Shown: piece after piece, positions 46,289-54,545 of the stretch
Layout of the letters: every line of letters starts with the position of its first letter
How positions within the stretch are numbered: position 1 is the first letter of the stretch
DNA from: Candidatus Saccharimonadales bacterium
Lineage (GTDB): Bacteria > Patescibacteriota > UBA1384 > 2-12-FULL-50-11
Direction: 5' to 3'
DNA: 64,000 nt
NCBI GenBank assembly: GCA_035480235.1
Contig: DATIHX010000008.1
Coordinates: 26,845 to 90,844, forward strand
The notes under the pieces: generated by a model
Databases searched by the model: none
What the model saw: the letters and a program-made list of their open reading frames with translations, nothing else
Told to the model about the DNA's origin: nothing
Translations under genes and position numbers: made by a program

Positions 46289-49216
46289 TTACAGCGAGGG
46301 GAAGGTAGCGCAAATTTGGCAACCGCGATCGGTGAGTAGGCGGGTGTGGGCAAATTTGTCGAGCATAAGAATATCTGCCCGTGCCTGCTCAATGGTCTTT
46401 TTCAGCGCTGCGATCTCTTCACGAGAAACTGTAAAAACTTCGCGACGGAACGTTTGCTTATCGTCGACAAACTGGACAACGTATTCCTTAACGGTGAAGC
46501 GGAACTGCGGATCGAGTTCGGCGAGCAGGGCATAGAAAACCAACTGCTGCTTAATTTCGCCATCGCTGTTTTGGGTCGTACCTTCGATCTCGTTACGAGT
46601 TTTAGCTTCGCCCGTTTTGTAATCGATCAGGCGAACCGTTCGGGCTTTCGGATCGATCGGTTCGATGCGGTCGAGCTTACCGGTGAGCGGAATGTCGCCG
46701 AGCATAACGTGGTGCGACGAGAAACTATACTCTACAGCCTCCGGCTTCGGGGCAGTTGTAAGGACTTGATCGTAAAAGGCCGCCAAAACGGCCCGGCCTT
46801 TTTCCAGCGCTTGCTGGCGACTGCCGGCATGAATTAGCCGACGCACAGCAGCGGCGAAGAAAGTAAGAAGTTGGCTTTTAGTGGGTAGCGCCTTGATGCC
46901 TTTTTGAAGACGGCCAAACTCTTCAAGGGCAGCGTGAACGGCGGTGCCGTATTCTTGAGCCGGTGATGGGGGAGTGGGTAAACGCAAAACCGAGGAGAGT
47001 AAGAACTGCCTTGGGCAGACTTGGTAGGCGTGAAGTGAACTGGCGGAAAAGGCCATTTCTCGAACACGTTGCCGAATGTAACTTAATTCGGCCGCGGCGA
47101 GCGGTGCAGCAATCGGTTGGCTGAGAGAATTTTCTAAAACCGTTTTAACCTTACTTTCCGTCGGCACTATTTCCCGAACGATGATAGTATCGCCGCACTC
47201 ACGGGCAAATAGGCAAGGCAAATTGGGCTGCCCGCCACTACCAGTCTTGGCGTAGGTCAGATAGAGCTGGTTTTTTGCCCTCGTCATGCCGACGTAAAAA
47301 AGCCGTCGCTGATCGTCTTCGTCGTCGGTCGGTATGGTTTTTAAGCCGGTTAGGCTCGGCAAAGCGATAGGGTTGCGATCGGGTCGGGGCTTGTATGAGG
47401 CTTCGTCAACGTCAACTAGGAAGACCACCTCGAATTCCAAACCCTTGGCTTTATGAAGGGTAGAAAGATGAACTCCAGCGGCACTGGTGGCTAACGTGTC
47501 AGCTTCGGCGCCTAGGCCTTGTTCGATCATCGTCTCGACCGAGCGAACAAAATCGGCTGGACCCGCCGTGGGTTTAGCCTTGGCAAAACTATCAGCCAGA
47601 GCCACAAAAGTTCGGAGAAGCTCTAGGTGGTTAATCTCGTCGACCGGCGAAAGCTGTTCAGTCAGCCGCGACTCTTTAATCAGCTCCAGCAGTAAGTCGA
47701 CTAACCCGCTGAGCTGGTATTTCTTGTGGTAACTGGTAATTATTTCCGCGACTTTTTTCGTGGCTTTATTAGCGCTCAGCGCTTCGATTAGCGGCGTCTG
47801 TTCACGCTGAGCTTGGTGCTGAATAGTCAGAAGGGCCACGAGCTGATCGCGACCCAAAAGCAGACGAGCTAAGGCGTAGGTAGCCTGGGTATTATTGGGA
47901 TTGATGACCGCTCGGAGCGCTTGGAGAAGAGCCTGAACAATCGGTTCGGTAACAATATTTTTGGCCGACAAAGTGGCTAGCGGCAAACCACAGCTTTCGG
48001 CAAAGCGCCGGAAGGCTTCAACGGTGACGTTAGTCCGGGCCAGAACAGCCATTTCCGACCACTCGGTGCCAGCGGCATGGGCTTTTTTTAGCTCGTCAAC
48101 GATAAACTGCCACTGAAGAACAGGCGAGGCAAACGCCACCAGTTGAGGCTGTGAGCCAGACTTCTTAACAGCGCTCAGTTCCGGCTGAAAATCTTTCAAA
48201 AACTGGCCGATCTGGACTTGGTTATGATTAATAACCGCCGTCGCCGCGCTCAATATTTCCGGCGTGCTCCGATAGTTCTTTTTGAGCTCGATCATTTTAA
48301 GCGATGGGTATTTTTTAGCGAAGTGAAGCAGGTTCGCCACCGAAGCGCCTTGAAAACGGTAGATTGCTTGTTTGTCGTCGCCGACAACAAAAAGGTTGGG
48401 GTTGGGAAAAAAGTCGGCCAAAAGTTCGACGAGACGGTTCTGGGCGTTATTAGTGTCTTGGTATTCGTCAACCAATAGATACTGGTACTTTTCTTGGAAA
48501 AAGGCCCGAACTTCGGCGTTAGTTTCCAAAGCCTTACCAACGAAAAGAATCGTATCTTCGAAATCGTAGCCGCCCGTTTCCGCGAGCTTGGCTTGGTAGG
48601 CGTCAAAAAAGTCGGCGAATTCAGCCAAACGTTTAACCTGGTTTTGCCGCTGATCGCGTTTGACTTTATTTTTTTCTGTGGCGGCAGCGGCCTGTTCAGT
48701 TTTAACAAACTTTCGCAGTGCGTCGCTCGTCACCGCTTCTTGCTTACAGACTTTTAAGCGGCTACTAATGTCTTTAATAAACCGTCCCGGCGCGCGGAGC
48801 GGCCGAAGCAACTGCCACTGAGGGTGAGCGTCGAGTAACTCTTGAATGAGGGTGAAGCGACTAATCTCGGTGAGTTGAGTTAATTCGCGGGTTTGTTGGA
48901 AAACGTGCGGAAAGGAACCGATTATTTCACCAGCAAAACCGTGGAAAGTTTGAATAGCGACCCGGTAACCTTCCGCACCGATCAGGTCGATGAGGCGCTG
49001 ACGCATTTCGGTAGCGCCAGCTTCGGTGAAAGTTAGGGCCAAGATATTACTCGGGTTAACTTGGGTTTTTTGGAGAATCTCACCGATCCGCGTGGCAACC
49101 ACCTGGGTTTTACCAGTACCGGGCCCCGCCAAGACCATGACTGGACCCTCGATGGTTTCCACTGCCTGGCGCTGTTCGGGGTTGAGCCGTTTTTTGAGCT
49201 GGGAAAAAGTTGACAT
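46289..49216 (-). CDS. UvrD/PcrA-like helicase fused to a PD-(D/E)XK nuclease
   Basis: AGPGTGKT, DEYQD, GDDKQAIYRFQGA, NYRS, HKAKGLEF, GKLDR, DYKTG, QL..Y motifs. Confidence 0.93.
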   Translation of the reverse strand: MSTFSQLKKRLNPEQRQAVETIEGPVMVLAGPGTGKTQVVATRIGEILQKTQVNPSNILALTFTEAGATEMRQRLIDLIGAEGYRVAIQTFHGFAGEIIGSFPHVFQQTRELTQLTEISRFTLIQELLDAHPQWQLLRPLRAPGRFIKDISSRLKVCKQEAVTSDALRKFVKTEQAAAATEKNKVKRDQRQNQVKRLAEFADFFDAYQAKLAETGGYDFEDTILFVGKALETNAEVRAFFQEKYQYLLVDEYQDTNNAQNRLVELLADFFPNPNLFVVGDDKQAIYRFQGASVANLLHFAKKYPSLKMIELKKNYRSTPEILSAATAVINHNQVQIGQFLKDFQPELSAVKKSGSQPQLVAFASPVLQWQFIVDELKKAHAAGTEWSEMAVLARTNVTVEAFRRFAESCGLPLATLSAKNIVTEPIVQALLQALRAVINPNNTQATYALARLLLGRDQLVALLTIQHQAQREQTPLIEALSANKATKKVAEIITSYHKKYQLSGLVDLLLELIKESRLTEQLSPVDEINHLELLRTFVALADSFAKAKPTAGPADFVRSVETMIEQGLGAEADTLATSAAGVHLSTLHKAKGLEFEVVFLVDVDEASYKPRPDRNPIALPSLTGLKTIPTDDEDDQRRLFYVGMTRAKNQLYLTYAKTGSGGQPNLPCLFARECGDTIIVREIVPTESKVKTVLENSLSQPIAAPLAAAELSYIRQRVREMAFSASSLHAYQVCPRQFLLSSVLRLPTPPSPAQEYGTAVHAALEEFGRLQKGIKALPTKSQLLTFFAAAVRRLIHAGSRQQALEKGRAVLAAFYDQVLTTAPKPEAVEYSFSSHHVMLGDIPLTGKLDRIEPIDPKARTVRLIDYKTGEAKTRNEIEGTTQNSDGEIKQQLVFYALLAELDPQFRFTVKEYVVQFVDDKQTFRREVFTVSREEIAALKKTIEQARADILMLDKFAHTRLLTDRGCQICATFPSL

Positions 49217-49258
49217 GAAACTATTGACATTCTTTCGGAAACGTGATATATTAGCAAC

Positions 49259-49373
49259 ACATTGCCTCAGTGGAATTCTGTGGCCTTGTCCGGCACTAGA
49301 CTCTGGCATAGGTCGCCGACACAAGAAGGAGATGCCAAACCAACCCCGAACGATCGTGTTCGGGGTTCTCTTT
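49259..49373 (+). ncRNA. Putative sRNA 1, divergent from the helicase
   Basis: TTGACA-17-TATATT promoter, two hairpins, terminator aaccccgaac..gttcggggtt. Confidence 0.4.
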
Positions 49374-49474
49374 ATTCTATTTCCCCTAACGCTTCGACGG
49401 TAGCGTTACCATCGAAGAGATTTTCTTTACTTCCCAGGCTTGACAAGAGCCTAGTATTGTGGTAGGATTTTAGT

Positions 49475-49620
49475 AACAAGTGTCAATCGTGGGTGAACCT
49501 GACCCGGTTAGCGATTTGGCGACTTGCCAGCAGTTGTCCGGTGTAAACCGTAGAGCCATTGTGAGTTCTTGACAGCTGCGCCACCTTGCCAGACCCCGCA
49601 CCCGCGGGGTCAACTTTTTT
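49475..49620 (+). ncRNA. Putative sRNA 2 with a three-way junction
   Basis: TTGACA-17-TAGGAT promoter; gcagttgtc/gacagctgc stem enclosing cggt-gtaa-accg; terminator at 49592-49620. Confidence 0.5.
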
Positions 49621-49636
49621 AGATATACTTAGGGCG

Positions 49637-50362
49637 ATGACCGAACCAACGATTCTTGCCGAAACGGACGATTATTTTGTGCTTAACAAACCGGCGGGGT
49701 ATTCGGTGGAAACACTAGCCAACACACATTCGCTTGTTGATTGGTTGCAGACACAATATGTGTTCAAACACATACAGCAGTCTGGTCTGGAACGCGGGGG
49801 GGTAGTGCATCGGTTGGACGTGGAGACCAGTGGAGCAGTGATTTGGGCCAAGACGGCGGCGGCGCAACACGAACTCAAAACATTGTGGCAGGGGAGACAA
49901 GTGGAGAAAACATATTTGGCGCTGGTGATTGGCGAAACTGAAAGTAGCGGCACGATTGATTTAAATATCGAACGCGACAACAAAAACGACCGCCAAAAAG
50001 TGGCGATGTTAATGACGGAGAAGTCCCGGCCGGCGATCACGACGTATAAGCGCTTAGCGATAGGCACCTCGACTTCACTCGGGGTAAAGGGGCTGGGCGA
50101 GAAAAAAATAAGCTTACTAGAAGTTCACCCAATTACTGGCCGAACGCACCAAATCCGTGTGCATTTGAAAGCGATCGGCCACCCAATTATCGGCGATAAA
50201 CTCTACGGCGAAAAGGGGACTGACGAGCTGGCCAAAAGCCTAGACCTCAGTCGACAGTTTTTGCACGCCTGGAAGATTAAAATTCAAGACCAGAGCTTTA
50301 CGGCACCCCTAACCGACGAGCTAGAGGCGGTTTTGGAAAAAGTTGGCCTTTCGGTTGGTTGA
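49637..50362 (+). CDS. RluA-family pseudouridine synthase
   Basis: NKPAG, VHRLD..TSG, TGRTHQIRVH, GD.LYG, LHA motifs. Confidence 0.94.
   Translation: MTEPTILAETDDYFVLNKPAGYSVETLANTHSLVDWLQTQYVFKHIQQSGLERGGVVHRLDVETSGAVIWAKTAAAQHELKTLWQGRQVEKTYLALVIGETESSGTIDLNIERDNKNDRQKVAMLMTEKSRPAITTYKRLAIGTSTSLGVKGLGEKKISLLEVHPITGRTHQIRVHLKAIGHPIIGDKLYGEKGTDELAKSLDLSRQFLHAWKIKIQDQSFTAPLTDELEAVLEKVGLSVG
50067..50088 (-). repeat. Short palindromic element inside the RluA gene
   Basis: Reverse complement tttaccccgagtgaagtcgagg resembles the ybeY element; translated as STSLGVK. Confidence 0.65.
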
Positions 50363-50393
50363 ACTCGGCTACTTTCTCTGTTAACTTTACCTA

Positions 50394-51446
50394 ATGCGTC
50401 AGGTAGTAATTATGGCCGGGGGGAGCGGAACGCGGCTGTGGCCGATCAGCCGACAAGCAACACCTAAACAGTTTCAGAAACTAATTGGCGACCAAACATT
50501 ATTACAACAAACCTTCGGCCGAGCCGCTCAATTATTACCGACTGAACAAATCTGGGTGATGACTGGCGAGCAGTACGCCACGACGGTCGCCGAACAGTTG
50601 CCAGAGCTGCCCAAGAAAAACATCATTACCGAACCAGCGGCGCGCAACACCGCGGCGGCTAGCGGCTTGGCGACGCTGAAGATTACGGCGACCGACCCGG
50701 CAGCGTTGATCGCCATCTTACCGAGCGACCATTACATTGGGCGGGAAAAAGTTTTTATTAAAGCCCTCGACCAAGCTTTCAAGTTTGTGGAAACCCATAG
50801 CCAAACGATCGTGACAATCGGCATCCACCCAAGCACACCAAACACTGGCTACGGCTACATCGAAGTGGGGGACAGGCTCACCAACGGCAGCAAAACAATT
50901 AATAAAGTGGTTTCGTTCCACGAAAAACCCGATTTAGCGACCGCCGAAAAATATTTGGAAAACGGCCAATTTTTATGGAACGGCGGCTACTTTATTTTCA
51001 GCGCTCAAACAATGATAACGGCGTTTGAGGATCAGGCTACTGATATTTTGAGAAAGCTGGAAAGCTACATTGCCACGCCATCTAAAGAAGTATACGAAGC
51101 GATCCCCAAAGAACCGATCGATAAAGCCATCATGGAGAAGCTAACCGACTTAGCGGTGATTCCGGCCGAGATGGGCTGGAGCGACATCGGCGACTGGGCG
51201 GCTTTGCACGAGATACTCGCGGCCGAAAATAAAAATAGCGCCGTGGCAGTAGGGGAGCACATCGGCTCGAATACCGAGAATTCGCTGGTCATTGGCGGCA
51301 ATAAATTGATCGTGACTGTTGGCGTCAAAGATATTGTAGTGATCGATACTGACGACGTGATTTTAATTTGCGACAAAAATAGCGCCCAAGACGTGAAGAA
51401 GATTGTGGAGGCGCTCCAAGCCAAAGGTGACAATAGCCACCTTTAA
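50394..51446 (+). CDS. manC: Mannose-1-phosphate guanylyltransferase
   Basis: MAGGSGTRLWP.SR..PKQF, EP..RNTA, PSDH, GYGYI, EKP, WSDIG motifs. Confidence 0.93.
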   Translation: MRQVVIMAGGSGTRLWPISRQATPKQFQKLIGDQTLLQQTFGRAAQLLPTEQIWVMTGEQYATTVAEQLPELPKKNIITEPAARNTAAASGLATLKITATDPAALIAILPSDHYIGREKVFIKALDQAFKFVETHSQTIVTIGIHPSTPNTGYGYIEVGDRLTNGSKTINKVVSFHEKPDLATAEKYLENGQFLWNGGYFIFSAQTMITAFEDQATDILRKLESYIATPSKEVYEAIPKEPIDKAIMEKLTDLAVIPAEMGWSDIGDWAALHEILAAENKNSAVAVGEHIGSNTENSLVIGGNKLIVTVGVKDIVVIDTDDVILICDKNSAQDVKKIVEALQAKGDNSHL

Positions 51447-51464
51447 AGTTAAGATGGGCCAGTA

Positions 51465-52724
51465 ATGCGACGGAATTTCTGGATCGGTTTAGTGTTAATT
51501 TTAGCCTTGATCGGCTTGGCTGGTTACATTAGTTGGCCAACAACCACCAAGTTTTTAAACCACTCGGTGTCCGTCCGCCAGGGGCTCGACTTGCAGGGCG
51601 GCGTGCGGTTAGTGTATCAACTAGATTTAAGTAAAACTGCCAAAAGCGATGTGGCTAACGCCATCCAATCGACGGTGCAGGTTATGGAACGCCGGGTGAA
51701 CGCCACTGGCGCCAGCGAGCCAGTGATCACCCCTGGCAAAACCTTAAAGGGCGAAAATATTATAACGGTGGAGCTACCGGGCATTAAAGACGTGCAAAGC
51801 GCCATCGATCTAATCGGTAAAACGGCCCAATTGGATTTCCGGGAAGAAGATTCGAAAGATTCCAGTAAATTTATACCCACCGGTTTGAGCGGTAAACAGC
51901 TTTCGAAAGCGACGGTGACGTTTGATCAAAATACTAATGTGCCGCAGATTAGTTTGCAATTCAACGCCGACGGCAGCCGACTCTTTGGCGACATCACCAC
52001 CCGTAACGTCAACAAGCCGATCGGGATTTTCTTGGACAATCAGGAGCTTTCGGCGCCAAACGTCAGCGAGCCAATAACCAGCGGCCAAGCGGTGATTACC
52101 GGCCGATTTACCATCGCCCAAGTGCGGCAGTTAACCACGCTCTTGAACGCCGGCGCCCTGGACGTGCCGCTCAAACAAACCTCGCAACAAACCGTCGGCG
52201 CAACGCTCGGCGCCGATTCAGTGAAAAAGAGCTTAGTCGCTGGCGTCATCGGCTTGAGCTTGGTAATGCTGTTTATGATTTTCAATTACCGGCTGGCTGG
52301 CTTCGTCGCTGTATTGGCGTTAGTAGGTTACACACTTATTACGTTCGCGCTGTTTAAGTGGATTCCCGTAACGCTAACGCTAGCTGGCATTGCTGGGTTT
52401 ATTTTGAGTATCGGTATGGCGGTGGACGCTAACATCTTAATTTTCGAACGGATGCGCGAGGAGTTGCGGCAGGGGAGGGAGCTGAAAATCGCGATGGAAG
52501 AGGGCTTTCGCCGGGCCTGGCCGAGCGTCCGCGACTCGAACGCCTCGACCCTCATTACCTCCGGAATTTTGTATGCTACCACGACGGGATTAGTGCGAGG
52601 CTTTGCACTGACCTTGGCGATTGGCGTATTGGTTTCACTCTTCAGCTCAATTACCTTAAGCCGGACCTTTTTGCGGTTGTTTAGCAGGGGAGTAGTGTTT
52701 CAAAAATGGCTAGCAAAAGTTTAA
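51465..52724 (+). CDS. secD: Protein translocase subunit SecD
   Basis: GLDLQGG, VGATLG, GMAVDANILIFER, DSN motifs. Confidence 0.96.
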   Translation: MRRNFWIGLVLILALIGLAGYISWPTTTKFLNHSVSVRQGLDLQGGVRLVYQLDLSKTAKSDVANAIQSTVQVMERRVNATGASEPVITPGKTLKGENIITVELPGIKDVQSAIDLIGKTAQLDFREEDSKDSSKFIPTGLSGKQLSKATVTFDQNTNVPQISLQFNADGSRLFGDITTRNVNKPIGIFLDNQELSAPNVSEPITSGQAVITGRFTIAQVRQLTTLLNAGALDVPLKQTSQQTVGATLGADSVKKSLVAGVIGLSLVMLFMIFNYRLAGFVAVLALVGYTLITFALFKWIPVTLTLAGIAGFILSIGMAVDANILIFERMREELRQGRELKIAMEEGFRRAWPSVRDSNASTLITSGILYATTTGLVRGFALTLAIGVLVSLFSSITLSRTFLRLFSRGVVFQKWLAKV

Positions 52725-52734
52725 TAATGAGTTT

Positions 52735-52876
52735 GGCCAAAGGAATAATTCCTTCTCGAACCGCCCTCTCCGGCCCAGCGGCCTCCGGGGCTTCACACTC
52801 AGCGATTTTTCCTCGAGTACTCGGAACCATGCAAAATCGCCTCCGTACGTTCTTCGAAGAAATTATTCCATCGGCC
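52735..52876. repeat. Nested inverted-repeat (MITE-like) element between secD and secF
   Basis: ggcc..ggaataatt/aattattcc..ggcc outer arms; gcgatttt/aaaatcgc inner arms; cgagtactcg core. Confidence 0.65.
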
Positions 52877-52947
52877 TTCACATTAATTGTTAATGGAGAA
52901 AATATTTTTCATACTAAGCTACCTGCATTTTTTGAAAGGGGAGGGAG

Positions 52948-53862
52948 ATGAGATTTTTGGGGAGAAAGAAATTCTGGTGGTTGGCGATTTCAGCCTTAAT
53001 TATGATTCCCGGCATTATCTCGTTATTTGTGTACAAGTTGCCGCTGGGGATTGATTTCAAAGGGGGAGCGCTGCTGCAAATTCAGTTTAGCAAACCTGTT
53101 AGTGAAGACGCGTTGAGAGGGGAGTTAGCTAAAATTCAAGAAGCTAAGGGGGCAACCGTCTCGAACGCCGGGAAGAGCAACGAATTTTTTGTCAAAACTT
53201 TGCCGATTAGCGAAGCTGACCATCGAAAAATTACTGATTCGCTGAAAAAAGATTTCGGCAATTTGAACGAAGAAGCGTTTCAATCTGTTGGCCCGAGCGT
53301 CTCGGCTGAACTCGCCCGTAAAGCAATTATCGCTCTGGTGGCGGCTTCGCTTGCGATTATCCTCTACCTCGCCTACGCTTTCCGGCAGGTGGCGAAGCCC
53401 GTTTCTTCCTGGACGTTTGGCACCGTCGCCGTGGCGGCCTTGATTCACGACTTGGTAATTTCGGTCGGGGTTTTCTCGATCGTCGCCCATTTCTTGCACT
53501 ACGAAGTCGACTCGAGTTTTATTACGGCTTTGCTGACGATTATGGGCTTTTCGGTGCACGACACAATCGTCGTCTTTGACCGGATTCGGGAAAACTTACT
53601 AAAGAACCGGGTCAACAGTGCCGAGGAATTTGAAGCGCTTGCCGACCAGTCGTTAAGTGAAACGCTAAACCGATCGTTATCAACAAGTTTAACGGTAATT
53701 GTGACGCTGACCGCGCTAGTGGTACTGGGTGGTGAAAGCATCCGGCCGTTTGTGACCACATTATTAATCGGCATTACCATCGGCACCTACTCATCGATTT
53801 TCACGGCCACGCCGCTCTTAGCATTGTGGCAAACGCGGCTTTTTAGACGGAACCGCTCGTAA
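52948..53862 (+). CDS. secF: Protein translocase subunit SecF
   Basis: GIDFKGG, VGPSV, HD, GFSVHDTIVVFDRIRE, GTYSSIF motifs. Confidence 0.96.
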   Translation: MRFLGRKKFWWLAISALIMIPGIISLFVYKLPLGIDFKGGALLQIQFSKPVSEDALRGELAKIQEAKGATVSNAGKSNEFFVKTLPISEADHRKITDSLKKDFGNLNEEAFQSVGPSVSAELARKAIIALVAASLAIILYLAYAFRQVAKPVSSWTFGTVAVAALIHDLVISVGVFSIVAHFLHYEVDSSFITALLTIMGFSVHDTIVVFDRIRENLLKNRVNSAEEFEALADQSLSETLNRSLSTSLTVIVTLTALVVLGGESIRPFVTTLLIGITIGTYSSIFTATPLLALWQTRLFRRNRS

Positions 53863-53990
53863 GTTTTGGCTGTTAGACGAACAAGTAATCGTCTAATTTA
53901 TAAAACATGCTTAGAACGAAATTTTGACCGTAAAGTATGTTTTTCTTGGTTCAGAGCATATGTTTTGCCCGGCCGTAAGACCGGGCATTT

Positions 53991-54254
53991 TCAGTAATCT
54001 TTTCGCATTCTCCGAAGCCTCCCGTAGTCAATGCAAACTTCCTTGATTTCCAGGCTCCAAAGCCACAAGGGCTTGAGTGAGTACAAGAAGATTCCAGCGC
54101 AGAGTAGACCCCAGATAAAAGGGTCTCCGTAGCCGCCGCGACGAATCTGCATCCAGCCAGTTGGAACGAGAACCCAAGCAAAAAGCCCTGAGCCGAAAAC
54201 TACTAATAAGACCACAAAACCGAAGAAGAACAGATAGGCGACTCGATAGAACAT
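53991..54254 (-). CDS. Small hypothetical membrane protein (orphan cassette)
   Basis: GGAGG SD, TTGATT..TAAACT promoter, two TM segments, hairpin after the stop. Confidence 0.6.
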   Translation of the reverse strand: MFYRVAYLFFFGFVVLLVVFGSGLFAWVLVPTGWMQIRRGGYGDPFIWGLLCAGIFLYSLKPLWLWSLEIKEVCIDYGRLRRMRKDY

Positions 54255-54545
54255 AGAACCTCCAATGGACTTGCTTTAGTTTAGCTGATCAACGAAAAGA
54301 ATCAAGAATAAAGCATCAAGCTATGTCCGGCAATGTATCTTGTGCGACGTAATAAAAATAATCAGGGCATTTAAGGGTAATTAGGCCTCGGCCTCCCTCA
54401 GGCCTCAAAGAGCGTGAAATAGCAGTGGAGCACTACCGTCTTAGCCCCGGCTCCCGGGTGTAATCACCAACAATTTGCAAAAATTTATGCACTCCCCCAC
54501 AACCGGCGGGGGAGGGGCGTCAAAAGAAAAAATAATAAGGGTAAA

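Noticed and set aside
49217-49324. N-terminal extension of the helicase ORF
   Set aside because: It overlaps a divergent promoter; the helicase-like sequence begins at the ATG at 49216
53871-53945. Two extra hairpins after secF as an ncRNA
   Set aside because: They are AT-rich, have no promoter, and are adequately explained as termination structures between convergent genes
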